Shown piece by piece: positions 41,874 to 53,872 of a stretch of DNA of 64,000 nt. The DNA is from Candidatus Dojkabacteria bacterium (GTDB lineage: Bacteria > Patescibacteriota > Dojkabacteria > J137): assembly GCA_030950485.1 (NCBI GenBank), contig JAUZRK010000015.1:2010-66009 (forward strand). Reading direction: 5' to 3'. Position numbers and translations under genes: made by a program. The notes beneath the pieces are model-generated. The model was given only the letters and a program-made list of their open reading frames with translations, was not told the DNA's origin and searched no databases. Position 1 is the first letter of the stretch. The number at the start of each line of letters is the position of its first letter.

Positions 41874-42405
41874 TGAGAGAAATAGAACTTAAATATAAGA
41901 TAAATGATAACCAAGATATAATTGGAATTCTTAATTCGTTAGGTTGTGATTTATCTGGTGAGATAGTTCAGAAGGATAAGGTTTACTCTAGAAAAATTGA
42001 TAATAAACATAGTGTTTTTAGAATAAGAACTCAAGAATATAGAGGAATTGAAAAGACTCTGTTGACATTAAAGCAAGATATTACTAGCGAGTTAGATTGT
42101 CTTGAAAGTGAAATTGAAGTTGACGATGCGGATAAGACTGAAGAAATGTTGGAATATTGGGATTTAAATTTGGAGTTGAGGTAAGTAAGAAGAGAAGAAA
42201 GGGGAATTGGAGAGGTGTTACTGTTTGTTTTGATACAGTAGAAGGACTGGGAGATTTCATAGAGCTAGAATATCTTACTGACGCAGAAGACGTAGACGCT
42301 GAACTTGAGATTAAAAAATTAGAAGGAAGAATGAGCGAAACTGGCATTGAAGGTTACGAAAGAGTATTTAAAGGATACGATAGCTTATTGCTAGAAAAAA
42401 AATAA
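41873..42405 (+). pseudogene. CYTH-domain protein (CyaB/thiamine-triphosphatase-like) inserted in the atp operon, frameshifted
   Basis: EIELKYKI...FRIRT...LTLKQ then, after a -1 shift near 42155..42160, GFKFGVEVSKKRRKGNWRGVTVCFDTVEGLGDFIELE. These are CYTH motifs. The two ORFs are in different frames and overlap by 28 nt. Confidence 0.55.
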
Positions 42406-42412
42406 TAATTAA

Positions 42413-43789
<1,377 letters not shown>

Positions 43790-43790
43790 A

Positions 43791-44210
43791 ATGATATTAA
43801 AAGTAGTAACTCCAGAAGGAAGAACCTTCGAAGGAGAAAAAATAAAATCAATAACACTTCCAACAAGTTCTGGGGTAATCACAGTAATGGATGAGCACGT
43901 TCCTCTTTTATCTATAATTACACCTGGTGGAATAGAAATTACAACTAGTGACGGCGAAGTTCATTTACTTGCTGTTTCTAGAGGAGTTTTAGAAGTTAGA
44001 AGAAATAGCATTATAGACATTCTTGCAGATACTGCTGAGAGAGCAGAAGTGATTGATATTGAAAGAGCTGAAGAGGCCAAGAAACGAGCTGAGGAATATT
44101 TAAAGAAGATGGAAGACATTGCAGATATAGAATTTGCTAGATTACAAGCTAAGATACAAAAAGAGCTTGCTAGGATTCAGATAGGAAAAAAATGGAAGAA
44201 ATTAAAATAG
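43791..44210 (+). CDS. atpC: F0F1 ATP synthase subunit epsilon
   Basis: N-terminal beta-sandwich (VVTPEG..FEGE) and a C-terminal helical hairpin. 139 aa. Confidence 0.8.
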   Translation: MILKVVTPEGRTFEGEKIKSITLPTSSGVITVMDEHVPLLSIITPGGIEITTSDGEVHLLAVSRGVLEVRRNSIIDILADTAERAEVIDIERAEEAKKRAEEYLKKMEDIADIEFARLQAKIQKELARIQIGKKWKKLK

Positions 44211-44230
44211 TATAGTTTAAAGAAAGTTTT

Positions 44231-44265
44231 ATAGAGGTCGTAAATTTACGACCTCTATATTTTTA
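44231..44265. terminator. Bidirectional terminator
   Basis: Palindrome AGAGGTCGTAAA|TTTACGACCTCT followed by ATATTTTT. It is flanked by atpC (+) and a minus-strand gene. Confidence 0.65.
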
Positions 44266-44268
44266 GCT

Positions 44269-44631
44269 TTATTTAGCTGCAACTTCTGATTTATTCATAA
44301 ATCCAAGATATCCTGCAACAACTGTAGCAATAATCATTACTAATAATGATAGGAAGTAAGCAATTCCAAAGCTGAAATCAACTCCTAAGTCTTTAGCATC
44401 TGATCTTTCTGCCATTGTATAAAGAACAATAACAACTGCATTTACTAATGCAACTGCCATAGTAGCCTTCATTAACATTGCGGCCATTTCTTTTTTGAGC
44501 AATGGTAGAAGTGAAACAGCAACTCCAACAAGAGCTAACCCTAGAATAATAACTCTAGCTCTAGCTTCTCCATTCCATAAAGTAGTAGATTCTGTAACTT
44601 CCTCTCCTAAAAAAGAGATAGAAACTTTCAT
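44269..44631 (-). CDS. Hypothetical multi-pass membrane protein
   Basis: 120-aa ORF. The frame stays open about 20 codons further upstream without a start. The adjacent out-of-frame ATG (MEMIKNMLLTF*) suggests another possible T-run frameshift. Speculative. Confidence 0.35.
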   Translation of the reverse strand: MKVSISFLGEEVTESTTLWNGEARARVIILGLALVGVAVSLLPLLKKEMAAMLMKATMAVALVNAVVIVLYTMAERSDAKDLGVDFSFGIAYFLSLLVMIIATVVAGYLGFMNKSEVAAK

Positions 44632-44872
44632 CCAATCTAATACAAAAACTAGAACAGCTGCTATAGCAAAGTGAACTGCTAGAATGTAAGGAGCATATTT
44701 TTAATCATTTCCATTAATAAAAAATAATAGATAAAATAATTAATATATGAGTTTACAGAAAAACAGCATGATATAAAGCAAAAAGACTTTGTTAATTCTT
44801 TTATTTTAGAGCACCTATGTATTAACTGATCAATTTAATCTTGCAAGTATCTAATTATTGTATAATTAACAA

Positions 44873-45277
44873 ATGGAAATATTATTTATAATTTATATCG
44901 TTACAGTTTTATCACTTTCTTGGGGAAGCTTACTATTTATTTTTCTTAAAAATAAAAAACTTCTTGATATCGAACTCGATAAGCCTAACTTTATTTATAA
45001 GGAGAGCTTAGCTTCTAAAGTAGGTAGGTTAAAGACTTCTTATCCTCTTTCAAAGATACGAGTTTATAATGATCTATTAGTTATTAGAGGCTATAAAAGT
45101 ATATCTCTAAAGCCTGATGAGATAGAAAGTATAAGTTTAAATAAAGAAATCATAGGAAGATCAATAATAATCATTCATTCTAAGTCAGGCATAAATAGAA
45201 AAATAAATCTGTGGTCAGCAAATATAGATTATCTATTCGAGCTTCTAGATAAGGCTTTCAGACAAAATACTGGATAA
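44873..45277 (+). CDS. Hypothetical membrane protein (PH-like C-terminal region)
   Basis: N-terminal TM helix. 134 aa. Confidence 0.35.
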   Translation: MEILFIIYIVTVLSLSWGSLLFIFLKNKKLLDIELDKPNFIYKESLASKVGRLKTSYPLSKIRVYNDLLVIRGYKSISLKPDEIESISLNKEIIGRSIIIIHSKSGINRKINLWSANIDYLFELLDKAFRQNTG

Positions 45278-45328
45278 ACTAAGCTCATAGGTATATTATG
45301 TACAATACAATTTTTTACCCTTTTAAAC

Positions 45329-46840
45329 GTGAATAAAAAAGTAATCTTATTAATCTTAGATGGTTGGGGTCTTACTGAACCTGACAAATATAACGCAGTT
45401 GATAATGCAAAAACTCCAGTAATAGATAAATTAATTCATGAATATCCTAATACAAGACTGAAATCGGATGGTCTTTCTGTTGGATTACCCGAGGGACAAT
45501 TTGGTACCTCAGAGATAAACCATCAAGTTATTGGTACAGGGCAAGTGGTCTTGCAAGATTTACCACGCATAGATACAGCAATAGAAGATGAATCATTTTT
45601 TAGTAATGATGAGCTAGTAAAAGCGTGTAACCACATAAAGGATAGTGGAGGTGCACTTCACTTAACAGGTATTATTTCAGATGGAAAAGTACATTGTTCT
45701 TTAGATCATCTCCTAGCACTAATAGAGCTAGCATCAAAACAAAACGTAAAGAATCTATATATTCATGCTTTCTTAGATGGTAGAGATGCTGCACCGAAAT
45801 CTGCAAAAAAGTACTTAAAAATAGTCCAAGATAAAATAAATGAATATAAATTTGAGAATGCATCAATTGCTACTATTCAAGGAAGATTTTTTCTAGACAG
45901 AGACAGGGACTGGTCAAAAACAGAAACTGCTTTATCTTTAATGGTAGATGGCGAGGGGGTAAATTATTCAAGTTATGAGACATTAATAAATTTTACATAT
46001 AACCAGAGTATTACTGACGAATTCTTCCCCCAATCGGTAATTGATAAGGATGGTTTAATTAAAGCTGGTGATAGCGTTGTTTTTTTTCACTATAGATCAG
46101 ATCGAATGTTTCAAATTCAAAGAAGACTAATAGATAGAAAAATAAAAGATTTAAATATAGTAAGTTTCATTAGTGTATTTCAAGAAGAAGAAACAGGTAT
46201 TGCTTTCCCAAGAAAGAAGATTGAAGTAAATTTATCTGGAACAATTTCTAAGAGTGAGAAAAAACAAATTCATATTACAGAAACTGAGAAATATACACAT
46301 TTAACATTTTTCTTTAACGCAGGGAGAGACGTAGAATATCCACTAGAAGAGTGGCTTTTACATCCATCAGATAGATTTGTTAAACCTTTTTATAACTTTT
46401 CACCAAGTATGCAATCAGATAAGATTACTGAATCAATAATAGAATCTGTCGACAAAGAATATGATTTTATTCTTGTGAATTTCTCAAACCCAGACATGGT
46501 GGGACACACTGGTAACTATGAAGCAGCTGTTGTAGCGATAGAAAATGTAGATTATTGTGTAGGGAAAGTTTATGAAAAAATTAAAGATAAGCTAGATGAA
46601 TACGCACTAATAATACTTTCTGATCACGGTAATAGTGACGTTATGTGGGATTACGAGAATAACCAACCTCATACACAACACACAACATCACCTGTTCCAT
46701 TTATTTTAGTCACTGATTTAGGTGTAAAATTACATAGAAGAGATACTTTAGCAGATGTAGCACCTACAATTCTTGACCTAATGGGAGTTTCAGTTCCTAA
46801 AGAGATGGAAGGTGAATCATTAATTATTAAAGATAAGTAA
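45329..46840 (+). CDS. gpmI: 2,3-bisphosphoglycerate-independent phosphoglycerate mutase
   Basis: N-terminal ILDGWG and other iPGM metal/phosphoserine-region motifs (DGRD, SDHGN). 503 aa. Confidence 0.85.
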   Translation: MNKKVILLILDGWGLTEPDKYNAVDNAKTPVIDKLIHEYPNTRLKSDGLSVGLPEGQFGTSEINHQVIGTGQVVLQDLPRIDTAIEDESFFSNDELVKACNHIKDSGGALHLTGIISDGKVHCSLDHLLALIELASKQNVKNLYIHAFLDGRDAAPKSAKKYLKIVQDKINEYKFENASIATIQGRFFLDRDRDWSKTETALSLMVDGEGVNYSSYETLINFTYNQSITDEFFPQSVIDKDGLIKAGDSVVFFHYRSDRMFQIQRRLIDRKIKDLNIVSFISVFQEEETGIAFPRKKIEVNLSGTISKSEKKQIHITETEKYTHLTFFFNAGRDVEYPLEEWLLHPSDRFVKPFYNFSPSMQSDKITESIIESVDKEYDFILVNFSNPDMVGHTGNYEAAVVAIENVDYCVGKVYEKIKDKLDEYALIILSDHGNSDVMWDYENNQPHTQHTTSPVPFILVTDLGVKLHRRDTLADVAPTILDLMGVSVPKEMEGESLIIKDK

Positions 46841-46853
46841 GAAGTCAGAATTC

Positions 46854-46900
46854 AAAAGTCAAAATTGTTAAGATTTTGACTTTTAACTTTTTATTTTTAA
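46854..46900 (+). terminator. Hairpin plus T-rich tract between gpmI and eno (terminator or attenuator)
   Basis: 12-bp stem AAAAGTCAAAAT/ATTTTGACTTTT with loop TGTTAAG, followed by AACTTTTTATTTTTAAC. Confidence 0.5.
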
Positions 46901-46911
46901 CTTATTTTTTC

Positions 46912-48156
46912 ATGAAAATTAAATCAATTAAAGCAAGACAAATCATTGACTCTAGAGCAAATCCAACTCTAGAAGTAGACATGTACTTAGAAGATGGCTC
47001 TTTTGGAAGAGCAGCAGTACCAAGTGGTGCTTCAACAGGAGTACACGAGGCACTTGAACTAAGAGATGGCGATAAATCTGATTACTTAGGTAAGTCAGTT
47101 CATAAGGCAGTTTCTAACGTAAATGAAACTATTTCAAATAAAATCATAGGTGAAGATTTTGGAACTCAAGAATCTTTAGATAAAATGCTTTTAGACTTAG
47201 ATGGAACTGAAAATAAATCTAGTCTAGGTGCTAATGCTATCTTAGGTGTTTCATTAGCTTTTGCTCATGCAGTAGCAGCTTCTAAAAAACTTCCATTATT
47301 TAAACATATCGAAAGTATATATGGCGGTACAGCTAAGATGCCAAGGCCAATGTTTAATATTATGAATGGAGGAAAGCACGCAAACTGGTCAACTGATATC
47401 CAAGAGTTCATGGTGATTATAGAAAATAGAAGCTACGAAGAACAGTTAAGAGCAGGTTGCGAAATCTTTCTAAATTTAGAAAAACTTTTGAAATCTAAAG
47501 GGTTAGCTACAAATGTTGGTAATGAAGGAGGATTTGCACCAGGTTTTGCAAATAACGAAGATGCAATCTCAAATATATCTGAGGCTGTTGATAACGCAGG
47601 ATATAAATTAGGGACTGATGTATTCTTTGCGCTTGATGTTGCATCTAGCGAATTCTTCGATAAAGAAACTGAAAAGTATACACTTAAGACTGAAAATAGA
47701 GTATTAAGTAAAGATGAATGGCTAGAGACTTTAGTTAACTGGGTAAATAAATATCCAATTGTAAGTCTTGAGGATGGTTTTGATGAAGATGATTGGTCAA
47801 CATGGGCTAAATTTACAGATAGAGTTGGAGATAAAATTCAAATTGTTGGAGATGATCTTTTAGTTACAAATGCTAAAAGAGTAAAAAGAGCCATTGAAGA
47901 AAAATCTTGTAATTCATTATTAGTCAAAGTTAATCAAATTGGAACATTAACTGAAACATTTGAGGCTATGAAGGCTTCAGAGGCAGCTGGTTGGACTAAT
48001 GTGATTTCTCACAGAAGTGGAGAAACAGAGGACGTTACTATTTCTCATATAGCTGCAGGAACTGGAGCTGGACAAATTAAAATAGGTGCTCCTTCAAGAG
48101 GGGAGAGAACTGCTAAATTTAATGAGTTATTGAGAATTAGCGAGGTTATTTATTAA
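46912..48156 (+). CDS. eno: Enolase
   Basis: IKARQIIDSRANPTLEVD, SGASTGVHEA, and the catalytic loop region. The real start is most likely the ATG at 46912 (MKIKSI). The TTG at 46876 lies inside the terminator hairpin. Confidence 0.95.
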   Translation: MKIKSIKARQIIDSRANPTLEVDMYLEDGSFGRAAVPSGASTGVHEALELRDGDKSDYLGKSVHKAVSNVNETISNKIIGEDFGTQESLDKMLLDLDGTENKSSLGANAILGVSLAFAHAVAASKKLPLFKHIESIYGGTAKMPRPMFNIMNGGKHANWSTDIQEFMVIIENRSYEEQLRAGCEIFLNLEKLLKSKGLATNVGNEGGFAPGFANNEDAISNISEAVDNAGYKLGTDVFFALDVASSEFFDKETEKYTLKTENRVLSKDEWLETLVNWVNKYPIVSLEDGFDEDDWSTWAKFTDRVGDKIQIVGDDLLVTNAKRVKRAIEEKSCNSLLVKVNQIGTLTETFEAMKASEAAGWTNVISHRSGETEDVTISHIAAGTGAGQIKIGAPSRGERTAKFNELLRISEVIY

Positions 48157-48163
48157 TAACCCT

Positions 48164-48712
48164 ATGTTTACATACATTACATCTAACGTTAATAAAATTA
48201 AATCAGCTACTGAAAGACTTTCTAAGGAAGGTATAGAATTTAGACATGAATCAATTGATTTAGTAGAGATTCAGTCTAGAGATACTAACGAAATTGCACA
48301 CTATAAATTAAAGTTCGCTAGTAAGCAGATTAAAGGAGCAATACTTATAAATGACGTAGAATGGAGAATCCCTGCGCTTAACGGCTTTCCTGGACCTTAC
48401 GCGCATGATGTTTTTAAATGGTTGGATGAAAAAGATATATTGCGTTTAATGAATGAACTGAAAGATAGAAGAATAATTTTAAATTCCACTCTTGGATATA
48501 AAGATAATGATACAGAGATAATCTTTAATAATGAGAGAGAAGGTGAAATTTTAAAAGTAGCCTCAGGTATAGGAAAGTTTAATTTAGATAGGATTATTTC
48601 ATTTAGAGCAGACAAACTGTCTATAGCCTACTGTGAGGATAATAGCTTAGAAAAACATGATGATAAATCATCGGCATGGGATAAATTTATAGAATGGTAT
48701 TTTAAAAAATAA
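48164..48712 (+). CDS. Ham1/RdgB-like non-canonical purine NTP pyrophosphatase
   Basis: F.TSN.NK at the N-terminus, and ALNGFPGPYAHD matches the family motif ALNG.PG.YSAR. Confidence 0.55.
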   Translation: MFTYITSNVNKIKSATERLSKEGIEFRHESIDLVEIQSRDTNEIAHYKLKFASKQIKGAILINDVEWRIPALNGFPGPYAHDVFKWLDEKDILRLMNELKDRRIILNSTLGYKDNDTEIIFNNEREGEILKVASGIGKFNLDRIISFRADKLSIAYCEDNSLEKHDDKSSAWDKFIEWYFKK

Positions 48713-48778
48713 ACTACCTTTTGTCATCAACCCATTCATTAGATTCTCCTGCGACCCATTTTCCTCTTTGACTATCAC

Positions 48779-49165
48779 CTAATTTTTTACTTCTTTAAAG
48801 ATTGGAGTTTCATACCTTAAAAGTACACCTTGAATTAACCTTTCCCCTTTTTTAATTTCAACTACTTTGTCAGTAATATTCATTAATTGCGCAACAGCTT
48901 CTTCATCATTCCCTCTATAAAATGGATCCCATACTCCAACTCCATTGGCTAATACTAAGCCTTTCTTTGAAGGTGTTCCACTTCTAGAAAATAGTAATAT
49001 TACAAAACCTTCAGGTATTTCTATAGCATTATTTAGAGGAACTACTCCAATTTTCCCAGGTTCAATTGATACATCTAATCTACAATAGAAATCAAACCCA
49101 GCTGCCATATTTTTTAATTCTATGTCTGGTAGCGTTTTATCAAACTTTTTATATTTTATATTCAT
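48779..49165 (-). CDS. dut: dUTP diphosphatase-like protein
   Basis: Beta-rich 128 aa with GLVLANGVGVWDPFYRG, which resembles dUTPase motif 3. Confidence 0.55.
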   Translation of the reverse strand: MNIKYKKFDKTLPDIELKNMAAGFDFYCRLDVSIEPGKIGVVPLNNAIEIPEGFVILLFSRSGTPSKKGLVLANGVGVWDPFYRGNDEEAVAQLMNITDKVVEIKKGERLIQGVLLRYETPIFKEVKN

Positions 49166-49206
49166 TAATAGATGCAGACTTATTCTAAGATTTTATCATT
49201 AAAAAA

Positions 49207-49240
49207 AAGGTAGGGAAAACCCTACCTTTTATTTTTAATA
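49207..49240. terminator. Bidirectional terminator
   Basis: A8-GGTAGGG-AAAA-CCCTACC followed by TTTTATTTTT. Confidence 0.65.
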
Positions 49241-49253
49241 TTAATATAACGCT

Positions 49254-50000
49254 TTAAATTGTATAAAAAACCTTTTTAAAAATGTTTGCTGAATGGATAA
49301 AATATTGATCATTAGAAATTTCTAAATATTTCAATCTATTATTACTGAAATCTAGAGTTACAACATGACCATCAAAGATTAAAATATCTAAGTCCTTTGT
49401 AAGTGAATTATTTTTATCTACTTTATAATCATAACTTGTGTATCGCTCCTTTAGCCATTCTCCTGCATCTGATTTATTAGAAACAACTATTTGTTTTAAC
49501 TCTGAGTTTTTTTCCTTTTGGGCATTTTTAATTTTTTGACCATTCTCAGAAAAGAATTCGTGAGTTTTGTTGTAATCTGTATAAGAAAGCATTACTGATG
49601 AATTAAGAGCCCTTGAATATGCATCTCTAGCCATTTGAAATGCCTTCAATCCTTCAAATTCTACAACAGTTAGTAATTTACTATTAGCATCAGTATCCTT
49701 CGATATTGACGGATTTACATTCTTAGCAATAATTAATCTAATATATTGGCTTAAACTTATATGCTCATCATTAGCCCTTTTACCAAGCTCTGAATAAAGC
49801 TTTGGATCTAGAAGGATTTGATACTTAATTATATCATCTGAATCATTTACCTCAGGTAGTTCTGAAGCATCGATATTCTCATTCTTAGCTCTTTTTAGCC
49901 AGATTCTAATAAGCGCAGATTTAGTAATACCTTTCTTATTAGAGGAAGATAACAATAAATCGTGTAAATTTTTATCTAAATTTATCTGTAGTCTTCTCAT
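49254..50000 (-). CDS. Hypothetical protein
   Basis: 248-aa ORF. Confidence 0.4.
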   Translation of the reverse strand: MRRLQINLDKNLHDLLLSSSNKKGITKSALIRIWLKRAKNENIDASELPEVNDSDDIIKYQILLDPKLYSELGKRANDEHISLSQYIRLIIAKNVNPSISKDTDANSKLLTVVEFEGLKAFQMARDAYSRALNSSVMLSYTDYNKTHEFFSENGQKIKNAQKEKNSELKQIVVSNKSDAGEWLKERYTSYDYKVDKNNSLTKDLDILIFDGHVVTLDFSNNRLKYLEISNDQYFIHSANIFKKVFYTI

Positions 50001-50218
50001 ATATTACTATTATATCATATTACGTATAAAATATCTTTCACTACTAGGATTATAAGACATAGGCAAGACTTCTGTAACTTTTTTGCATAATTTTTACAGA
50101 GTTATAAAAAATGTAAACTTTATTTAAATACTTGATTAGAAAGTAAGTAGCAGAATAAGCAGCAGGAAAACATATTGATAATTAATTAGGTTGTTTATTT
50201 GCATTTTATGTAAGAATT

Positions 50219-50712
50219 CTATAACTCCTTGGATTTTCTTTTAAAGTGTCCGAAGTCAGTTATAGTAAATACACCAACATGTCTTTGGGAGAAAGATAAT
50301 CCGAGTATATTTGAATCATCATCTATAATAAGTTCTGTTGTATCACAGTGCAATAACTGTATTGCTTTATCAGAATTTTTGTAAAGAGAAAATACAATTC
50401 TTCCAAATTCTTCTACTCCTGTTACTATTTGACCTAGCATCTCTAGACTTCCAGGCTTGCCATATGATCTCCTATTAGAAATAGCCTTTTTGTCATCTCC
50501 TCTTTCCTTTATAAAGTTTATCTGGGTTCGCTGTATATCGACATCTTGGGGCAATATGTGTACTCTAACTATGAAATCTGTAGATTTAATAGCATCTAAT
50601 AGAGTAATATCATCGTATTCTTCACCTAAATTAGTTTTACTAAAGAATTCATTTATATAAATACTTATACTTTCACTTCCAAGATTAGTACCATCTTCTA
50701 TTACAAGAGATT
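50219..50712 (-). CDS. Hypothetical protein with an uncertain start
   Basis: The reported ORF starts at TTG (50552). The frame is open 53 more codons upstream to 50712 without ATG/GTG/TTG. Confidence 0.3.
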
Positions 50713-50790
50713 TCTAAATAGAAGGAGAGTCATTGTCAGTTTTTCTTTCTAATTGGTAATCATTAAATGGCATTATTACCTATTAATAAA

Positions 50791-52496
50791 TCAATTTTGT
50801 TTAGTTCTTTTTGTAAAGTTAGCAATTAAGAAAAATAGATTTAATACACCTATTCTTCCAAATAGCATTAAGGTTATCATTACCCATTTAGATCCAATAC
50901 TGAAAGCTGCATAGCCTCCGGCTGGACCCTCATTTATAGCTCCAAAGAAGTCTGTTGGTCCAATATTTCCAAGATTTGCAATTGAAGCATTAAAGGCTGT
51001 AGCGAAGTCTATGAATTTTGAATCAAAGATTAAAATTAATATACCTCCTGCTATAAACAATATAAAGTAAAAAGCTATGTTTACAGTGATTAAAGACATA
51101 TCTCGTCTATTAAATTTACTCTCATCAATTTTTATATCTTGAAACTCATGCTTTCCTGATATAAAGTTACTAACTTCATTTTAATGTTGATAAAAAAAGC
51201 AATAAACCTTTTTACTTTAAGCCCTCCTCCAGTAGATCCAACTGTTCCACCTACAAAATAAACTATGAAAAGAATAGTTACAGCAATTATTGGCCACCCT
51301 GTAAAATCCCAATTTTCTAGTCCTGTAGTAGAAATTACAGTACCAACAGCAAAGAACGAGTATCTTAAAGTTTCTTCAATATTTGAATAATAATTATAGT
51401 GCCACAGGGTTAATGCTATTAGGCCGGATATTAAAAAGCTTAAAGCTATATATACTTTCATTTCTGTATTTTTCCAAAATGCTTTTTTATCTTTCTTGTA
51501 AAAGAATATATACCAAACTCCAGAATTTGCACCACTAGCAAACATAAAGAAAGTAATTATCCATTCCGAGACTGGGTTCTGAAGTCCCCCCATTATAAAA
51601 TGACCACTTTCATCAAGAATAAGTTCCCCATTCTCAGACACCTCAGGTAGACCTGCGATGTTTCCGTAGTGACTAAATCCTCCAGTACCTAATGTTGAAA
51701 ATGAATGTGTAATAGAATCATAAGCATTATCATACCAATGTTCGTAAGGCTGTTGTCTAAAGAATTGTCCCGAGATTAACATTAGAACAATCATTATAAG
51801 TGTTAATAGGCCGTAAGTTTTTATAAAGTCAAATCCTGAGTTTCTTGCTTCATGTTCATCTTTAAATTCTGTAGCTTCAGGTGATTCAACTTCTGCATTT
51901 ATTAGATTAAATCTACTATATTTAAAATTATTTAATAGCGTTATGGTCATATATACAAGTCCCATTCCTCCAATCCAGTGAGAGACTGTTCTCCACATTA
52001 GTACACTTCTTGGTAATGATTCAATATCTAACAAAATAGTTGACCCTGTTGTAGTTAATCCAGACATTGATTCAAAGAACCCATCAGTAAAGACTCTCAT
52101 CGCACTAAAGGTCTATCCAGTAGGAGAGTTTGGATATCCAGCTAAAATAAATACTATTGCAGAAATTAAACTAGCTATTATCCAAGCATTAACAACTATT
52201 AAGACTGATAACTTAAAATCTATTTTTCTTTCGAAAATATGGTGCCCGTGTAAGTAGTGTCCAATACCAAATAAAATAGCAGCTATACCCGAACCTATAA
52301 ATGTCGGCAGCAGATTCTCGTCTTCAAATCTATTATCATTTATAACTAAATAGAAAAAGCCTATCCCTGCACTGAAAAGTAATCCAAGGAATATACTTAA
52401 TTGAAAGTGCAGTGCTACTATTATCGAATAAAATATGTTTTCATTATATGGTAACTTTTTATCAGTAATAATAACCTTACTTATTAAATAAATCAA
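50791..52496 (-). pseudogene. trkH: TrkH/KtrB-family K+ uptake permease split into three ORFs
   Basis: The family signature runs across 52496..52113, 52100..51132 and 51099..50791, including GLTTTGST, GGLKVKRF..., and SIANLGNIGPT...KWVMITLMLFGRIGVL. A TAG at 52113..52115 is in frame between fragments 1 and 2. Fragments 2 and 3 are joined by a 1-nt frameshift near 51130..51136. Confidence 0.75.
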
Positions 52497-52620
52497 TTAG
52501 TTACATAGGCTATAGAAATTAATTGATAATAAATCTTTTTGAAGTTATAATTTTTTTGCTAAAGAGGAAAAGATAACGGTTCAGTGAAAATTAAAAACTA
52601 AAGTGTATAAATTAAAACAT

Positions 52621-52695
52621 GGCCCTATCGTTTAACGGTTAGGACACTAGATTCTCAATCTAGCAATCCGGGTTCGATTCCCGGTGGGGTCACCA
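52621..52695 (+). tRNA. tRNA-Glu (anticodon CTC), CCA encoded
   Basis: Cloverleaf: acceptor GGCCCTA/TGGGGTC (two G-U pairs), anticodon stem CTAGA/TCTAG with loop TTCTCAA, T-arm CCGGG-TTCGATT-CCCGG, 3' ACCA. Confidence 0.8.
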
Positions 52696-52712
52696 TAATC
52701 AAATATTCCCAA

Positions 52713-53006
52713 CTAGGTTTTAGTATTTTTCTTCGTGAATTTTTCTGGTACAAAATTAGGATATTCTCGAAGTTTTTTCACAAACAACTCATATGAATAA
52801 TCATATTCAGTTAACATTTTAATCACCTCTTCTTCTGATAAAGCTTTACTTTCACTTTTATTTTCTTCCATCCCACTATTTAAAGACAGTGTAAAACTAC
52901 CTCCATTAACTGGCCAGATACCCCATTCTTGATCAAGATACCTTGATACGAAGAAATAGCCTTTTTTAATTTTCTTTAAAAACCTTTTTGCCTGTGCTTC
53001 TGTCAT
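52713..53006 (-). CDS. Hypothetical protein
   Basis: 97-aa basic ORF. Confidence 0.35.
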   Translation of the reverse strand: MTEAQAKRFLKKIKKGYFFVSRYLDQEWGIWPVNGGSFTLSLNSGMEENKSESKALSEEEVIKMLTEYDYSYELFVKKLREYPNFVPEKFTKKNTKT

Positions 53007-53187
53007 ATTTTGTTTATAAATATATACATTTAAATCTTAATATGCAAGATAGTAGACGTCAACTAAGCTTATAATAAATACTCTGATCTGAGTTAATATC
53101 ATATGAAAACATAGTCCCTTTAAATTCATACTAGATTCATTCAATGCATGTAATATATATTTATTAATTAATTTTATTACATTCAGT

Positions 53188-53872
53188 ATGAATACTAGTT
53201 CAAAAAGTGCTCTGATTTTTGGAATACCCTTATTAATTATATTCGTATTCTATATTTTTTCTGGTAGTGATAGCGATGATAATTTAGAAGATACTATAAG
53301 TAATGATGTAGATAATTTTATTGAACACGAAACTCCAGAGCCTGAATACGTTGTTAATAAAAATGATCTTGTTAACCATAGTGAAGTTTTAGATATAGAT
53401 AAGACTCTGAATTAAGTGAAGAGGAGATCTCAGATCTTATATATATGAGGGAGGAAGAAAAACTAGCACATGACGTATATGTAACTTTATATGAGCAATG
53501 GAAAAAAACGTTTTTAATAATATTTCAAAAAGTGAAATAACTCATACAGAGTCAATTAAAACTTTGTTAGATGCATATGAGATAAATGATCCATTTATAG
53601 AAGGAGTAGGTGAATTTACAAACAAAGATCTGTCAGCACTTTATGATCAACTAACAGTATATGAAAATCTACAAAGAGGTTCGCGAAATCATTTAAGAGC
53701 TTTTGTTAAAAATCTGAATAATTATGGAGAAGATTATTCCCCAAGTTATATTTCTAAAGAAGAATTTAATCTAATTATTTCTGGGGAAAATGAAATAGGC
53801 CAGGGATCATCAGGCAATCAAGATGATGGATCTGGACTAAGTAGAGGAAGCGGGTATAAAAATATTAGGTAA
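53188..53872 (+). pseudogene. DUF2202-like (ferritin/rubrerythrin-like) secreted protein carrying two frameshifts
   Basis: A signal-peptide ORF runs 53188..53415. It is followed, in other frames, by LSEEEISDLIYMREEEKLAHDVYVTLYEQW and then NVFNNISKSEITHTESIKTLLDAYEINDP. The shifts sit at 53410..53415 and at the A7 run 53502..53508. Confidence 0.45.

Noticed and set aside
46876-46911. 12-codon N-terminal extension of enolase (MTFNFLFLTYFF) reported by the ORF caller
   Set aside because: It starts at a TTG inside the gpmI terminator hairpin and is pure T-rich spacer translation. The conserved enolase N-terminus begins at ATG 46912 (MKIKSIKARQIIDSR).
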